Assembly: GCA_028289345.1 (NCBI GenBank)
Contig: JANQQL010000047.1
Span: 57,454 to 121,453 of the forward strand
Origin: Planctomycetota bacterium
GTDB taxonomy: Bacteria; Planctomycetota; B15-G4; SIAN01
Length of the DNA: 64,000 nt
Direction of reading: 5' to 3'
Shown here: positions 37,780 to 48,232 of the stretch, in pieces
How the letters are laid out: each line of letters opens with the position of its first letter
Position numbering within the stretch: the stretch's first letter is position 1
Made by a program: the position numbers and the translations under genes
The notes under the pieces: generated by a model
The model's database searches: none
Told to the model about the DNA's origin: nothing
Seen by the model: the letters and a program-made list of their open reading frames with translations, nothing else

Positions 37780-38202
37780 TCAGGAGTCTCCCTCGGCCCG
37801 GTACGGCTCGCCGAGCTCTTCCAAGATGGACTTCAGTCCGCGGCGAACTGCTTGCAGACGGCGCGCTCCCATCGAGGCCGCGACTCGCTCTTCGACTTCC
37901 TGGCTCGCCTCGAGAATGTCCGCCGCTAGCCGAGTCCCTTTGCGCGTCAACTTCACCAACCGAGCTCTTCGATCACGGGGATGGGCGACGGCCTTGGTGT
38001 AACCACAGTCTTCCAGTTCGCGCACCAACGACCACATGGTTTGTTTGGTGACACTCGCACGCTCTGCAAGGTCGGAAATCGTCGTTCCTGACTTGTCGAT
38101 TCCGCGAAACACATGGGCCGACGCCGCTCTGACTACCAAGTGGCCACGAGCTCTTAACAGTTCCGTGACCTGTCGATTGAACGATACGCGCGCCTTTCCC
38201 AT
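37780..38202 (-). CDS. MarR-family transcriptional regulator
   Basis: Winged-HTH region (ISDLAERASVTKQTMWSLVRELEDCGYTKAV...DRRARLVKLTRKG). ATG at 38200-38202. Confidence 0.8.
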   Translation of the reverse strand: MGKARVSFNRQVTELLRARGHLVVRAASAHVFRGIDKSGTTISDLAERASVTKQTMWSLVRELEDCGYTKAVAHPRDRRARLVKLTRKGTRLAADILEASQEVEERVAASMGARRLQAVRRGLKSILEELGEPYRAEGDS

Positions 38203-38507
38203 GAGCACGCCCAAGCTTGTTGGTTCTTTGCTGCGAGCAGGATTCTGATAGCGCATTCGCAAGTCACCGAATTGAATCGTGGATCGAGTTCAGGACGTTC
38301 GATGTTGAAATCTCGATGCTGAAAAACGGACTTGCCTCCCGGCGTCTTCTCACGGTTTTCCTCCATCGAAGCCTGTTACCCAAACGTATGGTCAGCGGTA
38401 CTGACGATATCGCTCTCAGCGTCTCTCAGAAAGCCATCCCGCGAAGAAACACCCAGGAGGCTTCCCCCCATGAACTCCCGCGGCTCCGTTCCCCTGAAGA
38501 CGCTGCG

Positions 38508-40289
38508 ATGTCGCCAAGGCAACATTGCGTCCCTCGCGGGACTTCCCTTTCCGTCCAGATTCCGGTGGATTCTTCAACAGCTCGTTCGCTCTCCCCGCGG
38601 GTTGCGGATCCACTCGAGTTGACTGGAAAAGTGCAAGTTTCCGGCAATCCAGGATCTCGATCCGGCAAGAAACGCGCGACCCGAGGGTCACCTCTTGCGC
38701 GAAGCGGTGGCACCTCGAGCAGGCGACAGCAGGGGCTTCCGAATGACACGGGAAGTGGCCCGAGTGATCCGGGAACCAGGCTGAACCGACAGGCCTCGAC
38801 CCAAAACGCCTGCGCGCCCGCGGTGGCGTTGGTCGTCTTGTTCACAGCCCTTTTCGCCGTCTCGGGCTTTGATCGCGATTCGACGAATCTCGAAGCAGAG
38901 ATTGACAGTGCCGCCCGAGCGATGATGGAACGCCATCAAATCCATGGGATCGGTGTGGTCGCCGTGCAAGGCGGACAAGTCTCACTCGCCAAGGGATACG
39001 GATTCGCCAACTATCTGCCGAACCTCCACTGGAAAGCCGCTTTCACGGACCAGTCGCCCTTCTTCTCCTCAACCGTGACAACGACACTCTTGGCAATCGC
39101 TTTGGCGAAACTCGTCGAAACGGGACAAGTTGCCATCGATGCTTCGTTGACAGATTTCGTAGAGCCCCGCTTCTTCCTGAATCCGCAGCAAGCCAACGAG
39201 ATGACCATTCGTCAGCTCCTGATGGAAACGAACGGTTTCTCCCTCCGGGATGGGCAAGCCGAAGAGTCCCAGACCACCCGTCCGCGACTGCACCAACTGG
39301 TGAAGTTCTACGAGTTCGACCACGGAGCCACCATTCGCCCCCAAGAGGTCCCAAGCCATTTGGCCCGGAAGGTCATTCAATCAGCGGTCGACATCCCCTG
39401 GCAACAGTATCTCAATGACCAAGTCTTGAAGCCCTTGGACATGAACCAATCGATGCCAAGACTTCCTTTGGACCGCTCCCGCCTCGTGTTGCCCTACGCC
39501 TTTGATCGACTCGAACCGTTGTCCCTGGTCGGCGTCACCAAGACGGGTCTGCCACTCGATGGCGTCTACTCGACACTGCAGGACATCGGCAAACTGCTGC
39601 AGCTCCTGACCGCGCACGTCCCCCCCGAAGCTCACTCCCTGGCAGACAGCTGGAGCCTTCTGGCACAGCGAGATCACCACCACTCCAAAGAATCAGACGC
39701 TGGCGTGGTCCGGGGATCACCACTCTCACGGCTGGAGTCGCGGAATCGCAGGACGCCCCTCCGGTGGACGTCCGGCAGCTTCGACGGCCATGAATCGTGG
39801 TTGTCGTACGACGCCGAATCCGGAGATGGCGTATTCGTTTTCGTGAACGAACAAGTGGGTGGTGCCCGGGTCGCAATGATGCTGGGCGCTCTCTTCCATG
39901 ACCTCACGGTCCACGAACCGGATACGAACGAGAACCGCGACTTCTTCGAACAGTGGATCGCCGAAGCCTATCAAGAGTCCGCGGGTTCGCCGCTAGTTCC
40001 GGTTGCCGTCAGCCAAGCCACGTTCCCTCGGGGGACTTTTCGAAGTGATCGGTACGGAGTTCTTTCTCTCCAAGAAGACAGCTCGCAGCTCCGGGTCAAT
40101 CTGGGAACACTCGAAAGCTTTGGCTTGGAAGCCAAGGATTCTCAGGGCACGGGAAACCCGCTGCAGTTGCTGGTGGAGTTCTTGCCCGGCCGCGTGCAGA
40201 GCCTGGAAATTCAGACCCAGGATCAGCTGATCTATCGGAACCGTCGGGGGGAGATCCTCGACACTTTCTTCCGGGTTGCCGGCCAGTAG
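38508..40289 (+). CDS. membrane-anchored beta-lactamase-fold (serine-hydrolase-like) protein, possibly catalytically degenerate
   Basis: Beta-lactamase-family core (HGIGVVAVQGGQVSLAKGYGFAN...). The SxxK position reads SSTV, with no Lys. A TM segment (ACAPAVALVVLFTALFAVSGF) follows a low-complexity cytoplasmic N-terminus. The start is uncertain; ATG 38508 was chosen. Confidence 0.6.
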   Translation: MSPRQHCVPRGTSLSVQIPVDSSTARSLSPRVADPLELTGKVQVSGNPGSRSGKKRATRGSPLARSGGTSSRRQQGLPNDTGSGPSDPGTRLNRQASTQNACAPAVALVVLFTALFAVSGFDRDSTNLEAEIDSAARAMMERHQIHGIGVVAVQGGQVSLAKGYGFANYLPNLHWKAAFTDQSPFFSSTVTTTLLAIALAKLVETGQVAIDASLTDFVEPRFFLNPQQANEMTIRQLLMETNGFSLRDGQAEESQTTRPRLHQLVKFYEFDHGATIRPQEVPSHLARKVIQSAVDIPWQQYLNDQVLKPLDMNQSMPRLPLDRSRLVLPYAFDRLEPLSLVGVTKTGLPLDGVYSTLQDIGKLLQLLTAHVPPEAHSLADSWSLLAQRDHHHSKESDAGVVRGSPLSRLESRNRRTPLRWTSGSFDGHESWLSYDAESGDGVFVFVNEQVGGARVAMMLGALFHDLTVHEPDTNENRDFFEQWIAEAYQESAGSPLVPVAVSQATFPRGTFRSDRYGVLSLQEDSSQLRVNLGTLESFGLEAKDSQGTGNPLQLLVEFLPGRVQSLEIQTQDQLIYRNRRGEILDTFFRVAGQ

Positions 40290-40341
40290 CATCCGCTTTC
40301 CAGAAGTTTCCAACGAATCCGCCCGACTCAGGAGCCAACCC

Positions 40342-41721
40342 ATGCTCTCGTCCCTTCGCACCCCGTGGAAGAAGGCCTCGAATGATCGGCCCCAGTCGGC
40401 ATGGCTCGCGAGGATCTCCTTTGCTTTGGTCGGGTCTCTGTTCGTTCATCAAGAACAGGCAAACGCCCAGACCCCCGCGTTCAAGAAAGGCGCGGATGCC
40501 TTCGCGGAACCGGTCGAAGTGCTGCATGAGCTCGTGGGAGAGGCGGCGGGCGACCAGTACGGGTGGATCGCTCGATCCGTCGGCGACATGGACGAGGACG
40601 GCTTCCAGGACTTCTTGGTGACGGCCCCCACGTGGAAGACGGGGGGCCAAACTTGCGGCAAGGTCTACGTGTACTCCGGCTCCACTGCCGAGCTCATCCA
40701 CGAATTCGAAGGAACCGCCGGGAGTCAGTTCGGAATGACCGCTGCACCCGCGGGGGACTTTGACGAGGACGGGATCGGGGACTTGGTCGTGGGCGCGCCT
40801 GGCTTTCAGGGCACCGGCGCAGTGTATGTGTACTCCGGGTTTGACGGTCGTCAACTGCTCTGCATCGTTGGTGAAGAGAGTGGAGCCGCGTTCGGCCGCA
40901 AGGCTTGTGGGGTGGCTGATCTGAATGAGGATGGACTTCCTGAGCTTGCCATCGGAGCCATCAGTAGCGGGGTGAGCGGCGCGACTTCGGGCTGCGTCTA
41001 TGTGTATTCCGGAGACGGCGAAGAGGTCCTGGCAGAGATTCCTGGGGAAGCGGCCGGAGATCAGTTTGGATCCGGTCTGGATGCAGAACTCACCGGTAAG
41101 CAACCGTTGCTCGCGGTCGGGGCCATGGGCCACGGGGGCACCGGAAAGGCCTATGTCTACAAACTGTCCGCGAAAGGTGCCGAGCCTCACTTCGTCATCG
41201 AACCTGACTCGACCTCTGCCAACCTCGGCCAGTTCTTCGTCTGCATGATCGGTGATGTGAACGCCGACGGAGCGGTCGACATCTACGCGTCCGACTGGAA
41301 CAACTCTGCTGGCGGGCCCGCCACTGGACGAGTGTTCGTTCACTCTGGGACGGATGGCAAGCGTCTTCTCACTCTGACGGGGACAACTCCCGGTGAAGGC
41401 TTCGGCACCTCCCCGTCCCAGGCCGGAGATGTCAATGGAGACGGACACGACGATTTGATTGTGGGAGCCTGGCAGAACTCCGAGAAAGCCGCCGCCGCCG
41501 GCAAGTGCTATCTCCATTCCGGCAAGGACGGCAAACTGCTCGCCACCTACACCTGCACCCAAGCCGGCGACACCTTCGGCTTCGACGCCACCAACCTGGG
41601 TGACGTGAACGACGATGGTCGCATCGACTTCCTACTCACTTCTGCCTGGAGCCGTGTCCACGGACCGCAGACCGGCCGAGTTTTCGTCATCTCTGCTCCA
41701 GAGTTTCCCGCGGGAGGGTGA
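40342..41721 (+). CDS. FG-GAP-repeat (integrin-alpha-like beta-propeller) secreted protein
   Basis: A ggag RBS precedes ATG 40342. Signal peptide present. Seven or more FG-GAP/Cys-free repeats (DxDGDGxxDLxVGAP...VYVYSG). Confidence 0.8.
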   Translation: MLSSLRTPWKKASNDRPQSAWLARISFALVGSLFVHQEQANAQTPAFKKGADAFAEPVEVLHELVGEAAGDQYGWIARSVGDMDEDGFQDFLVTAPTWKTGGQTCGKVYVYSGSTAELIHEFEGTAGSQFGMTAAPAGDFDEDGIGDLVVGAPGFQGTGAVYVYSGFDGRQLLCIVGEESGAAFGRKACGVADLNEDGLPELAIGAISSGVSGATSGCVYVYSGDGEEVLAEIPGEAAGDQFGSGLDAELTGKQPLLAVGAMGHGGTGKAYVYKLSAKGAEPHFVIEPDSTSANLGQFFVCMIGDVNADGAVDIYASDWNNSAGGPATGRVFVHSGTDGKRLLTLTGTTPGEGFGTSPSQAGDVNGDGHDDLIVGAWQNSEKAAAAGKCYLHSGKDGKLLATYTCTQAGDTFGFDATNLGDVNDDGRIDFLLTSAWSRVHGPQTGRVFVISAPEFPAGG

Positions 41722-42106
41722 GAACCCAGCCCCGATCGACGATCCCTCTCCTCGGACAGGGCCCGAGGAAATCAGTGGAAAGACCTTTCGGCGCCCGATC
41801 GGATCTTGTCGACTGCGTCTTCGTTCTCGAATCCCCGTCGAGTCCGCCGATTCTCCGACGGCCCGACCTCTCGAAGGACACCGAGGCCTTTTTCACCGCC
41901 CCGTGAGCCCGGAAGATTCATGAAGGGCGTCGCGAAAAACTGCTGGGTTGCTTTTCCTGGCTAGGACTTTCGGCGGTCTTCCCCGGGCAGCTCGTCCAAA
42001 TCAAGCAAGCGGTGTCTCTGACGATCCGTTGAGGATGGAGATCGTGGGAATGACGACGCCAGAAAGAGCTTGGGCGTTCGTCACAGGCCTTGATGAGTCA
42101 TCCAGA

Positions 42107-42820
42107 CTAGCACTTGAGCGCTCTTCGCTTCTTCCCTGCTCGACCGGACTCCACGGCCTTTTGGATGGCCTCAGTCGCAATCGGAACTTTGCAAGATGTT
42201 CCGCCCAGCTCGACGTCCACTTTTCCCAGCTTCTTGGCAGTGGCGGTCGCCGCCTTGATCAGCGGCTTCACAAATGATCCCACGGCAATGACGAAACCGT
42301 TCATGGTGTAGCGGACGCGATTGGGCGCCTGGTCAATCTGTTCTTCCACCTGCTTCAGGAGATCTCGGATCTCCCCCAGATTCAGGTCTTCGTCGGAAGT
42401 CACGGTGACGTATCCCGCGTAGGTGCTCCAACCACACGAGGCGACCGAATCCTTTCTCGCCTTCATCCACTTCTTCGCTAGATCCCGAGCGTGCTTGCTC
42501 TCCACGACCACCCGCGGGATCGAGTACTCTGCGATCATCAGCCAACTCGCTGCCTTTGCCCAGGCGTCGAATCGTTTCTTGGTCATCTGAGAGCCATCCG
42601 CCACCATCCCCGCCAAGTACATGGCGTCCCCATTTCCAGTATCGAACAAGTCATAGGCCAGCTGCTGTTGACCCTTGACCTTCTTGGCAATCTCCTTCAT
42701 GTCCGCGACACTGACACCAAACAGTTTCTCGGCAGGAGCCCCATGCTTGGCGAAGACTCGGACACGTGCCGGATTCCCCTTCTTCTCCAACTCCTTCATG
42801 ACTTGAGCCACGGTGGTCAT
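42107..42820 (-). CDS. DNA alkylation repair enzyme (AlkD/AlkC-like HEAT-repeat glycosylase family)
   Basis: 237 aa (MTTVAQVMKELEKKGNPARVRVFAKHGAP...), typical of the PF08713 family. Confidence 0.8.
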   Translation of the reverse strand: MTTVAQVMKELEKKGNPARVRVFAKHGAPAEKLFGVSVADMKEIAKKVKGQQQLAYDLFDTGNGDAMYLAGMVADGSQMTKKRFDAWAKAASWLMIAEYSIPRVVVESKHARDLAKKWMKARKDSVASCGWSTYAGYVTVTSDEDLNLGEIRDLLKQVEEQIDQAPNRVRYTMNGFVIAVGSFVKPLIKAATATAKKLGKVDVELGGTSCKVPIATEAIQKAVESGRAGKKRRALKC

Positions 42821-43467
42821 CGCGACGTTCTCCAGCTTGCTGGATCGACGGAAACGGATGACGCTCGCAGCGCTCTTCCGCCATCCGATTCTCTCACCGC
42901 TTCATTCATCGCCCCGAGGCTTTGCCGACCGAAGCGTCGTTGAGTTGCCCTTGCGAACGGGGCCCCCCACTTTGCCAAGAAGTGACGCGGCCGGGAGAAG
43001 GCCATGATCGAGTAGGTCACCTCGTCATTCTCCGGGTCCCTTTCCACCAGGAACCGCTCTTCTCCGATTTCTGCGTGGTCGTTCAGAGTGCCGTAGGCAA
43101 AGCCAAACCGCTCTGGCTCGTCGATGGTGTAGACCACTCGACTGAAGTTGGTCCACCACACTCCCATAACCCGAGCCACCACGGCGACCACGCGATCAAC
43201 TTCCAGGTCCCCTTGGTGGGCGATTTGGATCCATGGAATTTGAAACGGCGCCCATTGGCGAATCGCCTCTTTGGCTGCTTCCAGTGCTCCCGGGCCACGA
43301 CCGACCACCTGGGAGTAGCGGTCGACATGGTATCCCGCCGGAGGAGAACTCTGGGTGGCGCCGACCTCGGGGTAGGAGAAGGGCTGGTCCTTCACCGCCT
43401 CGATGTGCTGAATCAGTGAGCGATGCGGCGGACAAGTCAAAGACAGGACAGACAACACAGTCGCCAT
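42817..43467 (-). CDS. DUF1990-family protein
   Basis: 216 aa. ATGA overlap with the downstream AlkD-like gene. Confidence 0.65.
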   Translation of the reverse strand: MATVLSVLSLTCPPHRSLIQHIEAVKDQPFSYPEVGATQSSPPAGYHVDRYSQVVGRGPGALEAAKEAIRQWAPFQIPWIQIAHQGDLEVDRVVAVVARVMGVWWTNFSRVVYTIDEPERFGFAYGTLNDHAEIGEERFLVERDPENDEVTYSIMAFSRPRHFLAKWGAPFARATQRRFGRQSLGAMNEAVRESDGGRALRASSVSVDPASWRTSR

Positions 43468-43592
43468 TCACTCCTGAAGCAGCCGGGAAAACCTTGGACC
43501 CGAGCCAATCTTTGGCGTCCCCAAGGTTCCGAACTCGACGAATGTTCTGCACTCGGCACGAAGAATCGAACACGAACCTGCAACACGGCTCT

Positions 43593-43991
43593 CTACTCCA
43601 ACTCCAACCGCTCCCTCATGTCGACATAGGCCGTCCGGATGAGTTTCGCGAGCGCGGCCTCGTCCACCGCGCTTCCTGGCCGGAGCTTCACGTGCCTCAT
43701 GAACTTCCCCGTGCCTTCCAAAAGACCAACCGGATCCTCGAGCTCGGCACCTCGAAAGAACCCCACATTGACGTGGGCCTTGAACACGTCCACGTAGGCA
43801 AACGCCGCGTCGGCGACACACGCAGTCGGCTGACCGTCGTGAAGAGTCTCTCGGACATCTTCGCCGCACTCGCGCATGAACCGAAACCAGCGGGTGGCGA
43901 TCTCCCCAAGGCCCCCTCCGTGATCCTGGATCCACGCCTCCACCGATGGGTCGCGGCGCGGCGGTTGAGGGAATCGGAACAGAGCAGTCAT
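43593..43991 (-). CDS. DUF1801-family protein
   Basis: 132 aa, YdhG/DUF1801-like. Confidence 0.6.
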   Translation of the reverse strand: MTALFRFPQPPRRDPSVEAWIQDHGGGLGEIATRWFRFMRECGEDVRETLHDGQPTACVADAAFAYVDVFKAHVNVGFFRGAELEDPVGLLEGTGKFMRHVKLRPGSAVDEAALAKLIRTAYVDMRERLELE

Positions 43992-44009
43992 GGTCTCCCT
44001 CGCCTTCGG

Positions 44010-44567
44010 TCAACTGGTGCCATCACCCTGGGCCTCATAGGTTAGCTCGACGAAACCTGTCCTGAACGCGGTGACATCCTTCAAGGACCATCGGTGCTCT
44101 GGAAGCTCTTCGTCGAACAGGCGCAACCCTTCGCCGAGCAAGACCGGTGCCAAGGACAGGATCAGACGATCAACGAGGTCTCGCTTCAAGAACTGCTGAC
44201 AGAGATCCGCCCCTCCCACGATCCACACGCTGTCGAACCGTGGAGCCAGGACTTGCCTCACCAGGTCGGAGAGATCCCCCGCGTAGAACTCGACGCTCGC
44301 CCGAGTCGACTTCCACGTTCGGTGGGTGACCACGACAACAGGGGTGTCTCCATAAGGCCACCCTAACTCGAGAGCGTGCTCGTAGGTGCGAGAGCCCATC
44401 ACGTAGCAGTCGATCGACGCGAGCACCTTTTCGATCTCCGCAGCGTTCAGCTCGACGCCCTCGGGATAGGCGTCGCTTGGGCTCTCGAGCCACGACACAC
44501 TGTTGTCCTTTCGGGCGAGGTAGCCATCCAAACTGGTGGCGACATGCAGCGTGACCGTGGGTTTCAT
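44010..44567 (-). CDS. dihydrofolate-reductase-family protein (RibD C-terminal-like)
   Basis: ATG at 44565-44567 (MKPTVTLHVATSLDGYLARKD...). DHFR-like fold motifs. Confidence 0.75.
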   Translation of the reverse strand: MKPTVTLHVATSLDGYLARKDNSVSWLESPSDAYPEGVELNAAEIEKVLASIDCYVMGSRTYEHALELGWPYGDTPVVVVTHRTWKSTRASVEFYAGDLSDLVRQVLAPRFDSVWIVGGADLCQQFLKRDLVDRLILSLAPVLLGEGLRLFDEELPEHRWSLKDVTAFRTGFVELTYEAQGDGTS

Positions 44568-44602
44568 CGTTCGCTCCGCGGAACTTTCCGAACACGGGCT
44601 CC

Positions 44603-45067
44603 TCAGAGCCAGCGCCTCACTCTGTGGAGATACGAATCGTACTCTTCCCCGAACCTGGCCCGAAGAACCCGCTCCTCCGGCTCGATCTGAAATCTCGTGA
44701 TGTAGAGAAAGAAAAGGGGCACGGCAAGCAAACTCACGGCGTTGCCCAGCTTCACGGCCCACGCGCCCAGGACGAGCAACGCCGACAGGTACATCGGGTT
44801 TCGAGTGAACCGAAAGACTCCGTTGGTCACCAAGCGAGAAGCGTTCTCAGGCCTGGTCGGATCCACGGTCGTTCGGGCATTTCGGAACTGGAAGATCGCG
44901 GTGGTCCCCAACACCACGGCCCCCACCAACATTCCTCCCGCGGTCCAGTGGATTGCGGGGTTTTCCAGGACAAGCCCGGTCGGTGTGACCTTTCGCGCAG
45001 CCCAAGCCACGACCCCACAAAGGACCAACACGAACGGGGGAGGGATCTTCAATTCGAGATTCAACAT
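44603..45067 (-). CDS. membrane methyltransferase of the ICMT/PEMT (isoprenylcysteine carboxyl / phospholipid methyltransferase) family
   Basis: TM helices plus the conserved C-terminal motif (TNGVFRFTRNPMYLSALLVLGAW...EEPERVLRARFGEEY). Confidence 0.7.
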   Translation of the reverse strand: MLNLELKIPPPFVLVLCGVVAWAARKVTPTGLVLENPAIHWTAGGMLVGAVVLGTTAIFQFRNARTTVDPTRPENASRLVTNGVFRFTRNPMYLSALLVLGAWAVKLGNAVSLLAVPLFFLYITRFQIEPEERVLRARFGEEYDSYLHRVRRWL

Positions 45068-45359
45068 CGGCCCCTCACCGAGCGCACCCATCCGAGGGTT
45101 GTGAGCCCGCAAACGACTGATTCACGCCGCCCGGGAGCGAGGTGCGATCGCTCGGGAGGACTCCCGCGGGGTAGTACCAAGAACTCATGACATTCCGCAT
45201 CTTCCCGTGGATGAAACGAGCTTGGATCAATGACACCGGCGTGCCTCGATCGATTCCGACACGGAACTTCCAAACGAGTTCCCAGGCGACATGCCCTTGA
45301 GGATTGACAACGTCTTCGCAGCACCGATTGGCACCCCCACGGTGTGCCGTGAAGTCCAT

Positions 45360-45680
45360 TCAACCGGTCAGCGCAACTTTTCTCCAAGCGTCGGGACGAC
45401 CCAACTTGGCGATGAGAGCATCGACCGTCGCAGACTCTGTCGCAAACTTCTGGCAGGTGGTCAAAAGCTCGTCCGACTGCGCCTTCGTGACAACCCGTGG
45501 CCTTGGCGTCCCAGCGCATCCGAACAAGATCAACCCAGCCAAACCGATGAGCCAACCGCGGAACCACTGTCTGCTCAGGAAAGAGAGCGCCTCTCGAAGG
45601 CCTGTTCGGTCGACAATGCAGGAATCCTCGGCCGGCGCCACCCTCCATCGACAATCAGCGTTCCTCAAGTCTGGACTCAT
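45360..45680 (-). CDS. hypothetical lipoprotein
   Basis: Lipobox LILFGCAG. The start is uncertain and support is weak. Confidence 0.35.
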   Translation of the reverse strand: MSPDLRNADCRWRVAPAEDSCIVDRTGLREALSFLSRQWFRGWLIGLAGLILFGCAGTPRPRVVTKAQSDELLTTCQKFATESATVDALIAKLGRPDAWRKVALTG

Positions 45681-45687
45681 CGCTCCC

Positions 45688-46314
45688 TCAATTCTCCGAG
45701 CTCCCCTGCGGGATCATGCTGGCGTTTCGCGGAAGCCGGTCGAAGCTTCCATGAAGTAAGAAGGGCTGCGGTGGCCAACCGAGGGCTTTTCCCGTCTCGA
45801 AATCCTCGCAGTGGGGAAGCTCAATGTCGAAGTGACCACTCAGGGTTCCGGCCTCCGACAGCTCGGTGATCTCGCACGTTCCAATGACTGGCTGCCCGAC
45901 GCGAGCACGGACTTTGCGGACGCGATCCTGGAGCAAGAGTTCGAAGACCACGCGAGTCTCCGAATTCAACTGCCCCTCCTCGTCGAATCCGAGAGCCATC
46001 TCCCAATGATCCGCCCCGAGTTCCACGCGCCCTCGGTCGACCCGGCCGAAGAATGCGCCGGGGCTGTCGCTCCCGAAGCCGAGGTGCGATTCGAGCCCGA
46101 AGAGCTTCGGCGGAAGGAGGCCACCGAGCGGCAAGCCGGAGCGTGGCCGAATGATCTGAACGACGAAGGCGGGTCCCGGCGAAGAGCCTGGATCGATGGT
46201 CGGGACGGGACGGTCGGGCCGGTACGACACGAAGGAAAAACCAGCGAGCACCGCGAGGCAACCCAGCAACCCCAGGGGAACGAGCAGCCACGACCTTTGG
46301 CGATTGTGTGTCAT
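45688..46314 (-). CDS. hypothetical membrane-anchored protein
   Basis: An internal ATG gives an N-terminal TM helix (SWLLVPLGLLGCLAVLAGF). No family recognised. Confidence 0.45.
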   Translation of the reverse strand: MTHNRQRSWLLVPLGLLGCLAVLAGFSFVSYRPDRPVPTIDPGSSPGPAFVVQIIRPRSGLPLGGLLPPKLFGLESHLGFGSDSPGAFFGRVDRGRVELGADHWEMALGFDEEGQLNSETRVVFELLLQDRVRKVRARVGQPVIGTCEITELSEAGTLSGHFDIELPHCEDFETGKALGWPPQPFLLHGSFDRLPRNASMIPQGSSEN

Positions 46315-46398
46315 TCGATGATTGCGGATCTGGTGCAGGCGCACGTTTCTCAACCGCACCTCAGTGACAGTATACCTGTCATTGGATAGCCTCCTCCC

Positions 46399-48210
46399 AT
46401 GGCACTCAGACATTCTCCTCCCACTCGTTCTTCATCACCGACCCCATCGATTGGCCTTGTGAGTCTTCTCGCCCGGCTCTTGACGATGATGGTGGTTCTG
46501 GCCGACCCTCTGGTCGCGAGCCCGGTCTTTCCTGACCCGGTCGCACCCATGGCCGCGCGCGCCAATCGCCGAGACAACTGGGAGGCCTGGTGGAAGAACA
46601 ATGGCAATCTCTACCTGCGTCAACGACGCCCGTTGCTGGACCGAGTCGTCTCGGGCGACGTTGGCTTCTCCACGGGACGAAGCCGGACTCACGAAGATCC
46701 ATTCCAAGGTCTGATCAATCCCGAGCTCTTGCAGACCGAGTTGATTCCGGAGCTCGTTCAGCAGCTGGAAGAGGCGCGCAGCTCCTACGTCACCGCGGCC
46801 GCGGACACTCTCGCGCGAATCGCAGACGACGCCACTCGCGACATGATCTATGAGCACTTGTCGCCGTTGATCACGGACGAGCGAACGGCGGTCCGAGATC
46901 GCTCCATCTTGGCACTGGGCATCCTCGGTCACAAAGAGGCTCGCCAGGACCTGATGGACATTGCCTTGGACACGAAGCGGGGAAGACACCTGACCGCTTC
47001 CGATGGCACCGTCTCGAAGCATCGTCGCTGCTTGGCGGCGTTGGGCCTCGGGTTCTTGGGGGACAGCGACGTGGCCGCTCCCATGATCAAAGAATCGCGG
47101 AAGACCAATTTGATGGATGTTCGCGGCGCGTTGCTGATGGGAGCCATGCACGCCGCCCCGGATGACCGAGCCACGGTGTCCGCTCTGGTCGACCGCCTGC
47201 GTCAACCCATTGAAGATCGCCGGGTGCAAACGATCGCCGCCACGGCATTGGGTCAGGCGGGAGGAGAGGCCGCTCGTTCCGCTCTGTCCACGCTGATTCG
47301 CTTGCTGAAGACGCGAGAAAGCCCGGGTGAACTGCGCATTTCGTGTGCGGTGGCGCTGGGAGCTTTGGGGCGGGTCGACGACGACAAGGTCGTTCGCGCG
47401 CTCATGCAAGGAACTCAGCTGGCGGACGCCAACTTGAAACACGTCTCCCTGATGGGGCTTGGCCGAATCCTGGAGTCCGCGGACGAGAAACAGCGCACCC
47501 CGCGAGCTCGCCAGAAGATTGTGGATCACCTGCTCCAAGAAGTCGTCCAACCCGACCAAGATGCCAACCGCCCCTTCGCCGCATTGGCGCTGGGAATCGG
47601 ATTGCGCGAGGACCCCACGGATTCTGCCACGCGCGAGGAGGTGGCGGCCGAGATCCGGAAAGTGTTCGAAGCCGAAACCGACCCGTTCATGGCAGGCGCC
47701 TTCGCCATCAGCTTGGGACTCATGAAAGACCCGGAAGGCGCTGCTGTCATGGCGCAGCGGCTCGACGACTCTCCCACGGATGTTCTCGCGAGACACTTGG
47801 CGCAAGCCATTGCGCTCTCCCACCACGACGCCGGCACGAAGACGTTCTTGAAAGAGGTCACGGCGGAAGAGACTCAGTTTTCCGTCCGCCTGGAGATGGG
47901 ACGCGCCCTCGGCATTCAGCAGGACGTCAAAGCCATCGAACCACTGGAGAAGATGCTGCAGGAAACCCAGAGCGAAGAGACCGTCGCGGGAATCGCGGGC
48001 GCGCTGGGTGCCATGCGCTGCACCGAAGCACTGTCCCCGCTGCTCGAACTCCTGCGCGATGAAACACGACCCGCCGGCAGCCGCATCCGCGCGATCACGG
48101 CACTTGCAGATCTCGCGGAGCCCGGCGACACATCATGGTTCGCGCCCTACACCGTCGACAGCAACTTGTTCGTTCGCAACGCGGGCATCGATCTCATTCT
48201 GCAGCGGTGA
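46399..48210 (+). CDS. HEAT-repeat (PBS-lyase-like) protein
   Basis: Repeated (A/S)LGxLG...A...L modules along 603 aa. ATG confirmed. Confidence 0.75.
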   Translation: MALRHSPPTRSSSPTPSIGLVSLLARLLTMMVVLADPLVASPVFPDPVAPMAARANRRDNWEAWWKNNGNLYLRQRRPLLDRVVSGDVGFSTGRSRTHEDPFQGLINPELLQTELIPELVQQLEEARSSYVTAAADTLARIADDATRDMIYEHLSPLITDERTAVRDRSILALGILGHKEARQDLMDIALDTKRGRHLTASDGTVSKHRRCLAALGLGFLGDSDVAAPMIKESRKTNLMDVRGALLMGAMHAAPDDRATVSALVDRLRQPIEDRRVQTIAATALGQAGGEAARSALSTLIRLLKTRESPGELRISCAVALGALGRVDDDKVVRALMQGTQLADANLKHVSLMGLGRILESADEKQRTPRARQKIVDHLLQEVVQPDQDANRPFAALALGIGLREDPTDSATREEVAAEIRKVFEAETDPFMAGAFAISLGLMKDPEGAAVMAQRLDDSPTDVLARHLAQAIALSHHDAGTKTFLKEVTAEETQFSVRLEMGRALGIQQDVKAIEPLEKMLQETQSEETVAGIAGALGAMRCTEALSPLLELLRDETRPAGSRIRAITALADLAEPGDTSWFAPYTVDSNLFVRNAGIDLILQR

Positions 48211-48232
48211 TCAAGCGGTGGTGGCCCGCCGT

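Noticed and set aside
40096-41562. 488-aa antisense ORF opposite the FG-GAP gene
   Set aside because: Artefact, for the same reasoning.
42781-42786. Apparent 1-nt discrepancy between my manual position count and ORF-table coordinates around the DUF1990/AlkD junction
   Set aside because: Both table ORFs translate cleanly (IPLLLQLLHD on the plus strand; MTTVAQVMKELEKKG on the minus strand). I attribute the mismatch to my own miscounting and used the table coordinates. It is not evidence of a frameshift.
46435-47826. 463-aa antisense ORF opposite the HEAT-repeat gene
   Set aside because: Artefact, for the same reasoning.
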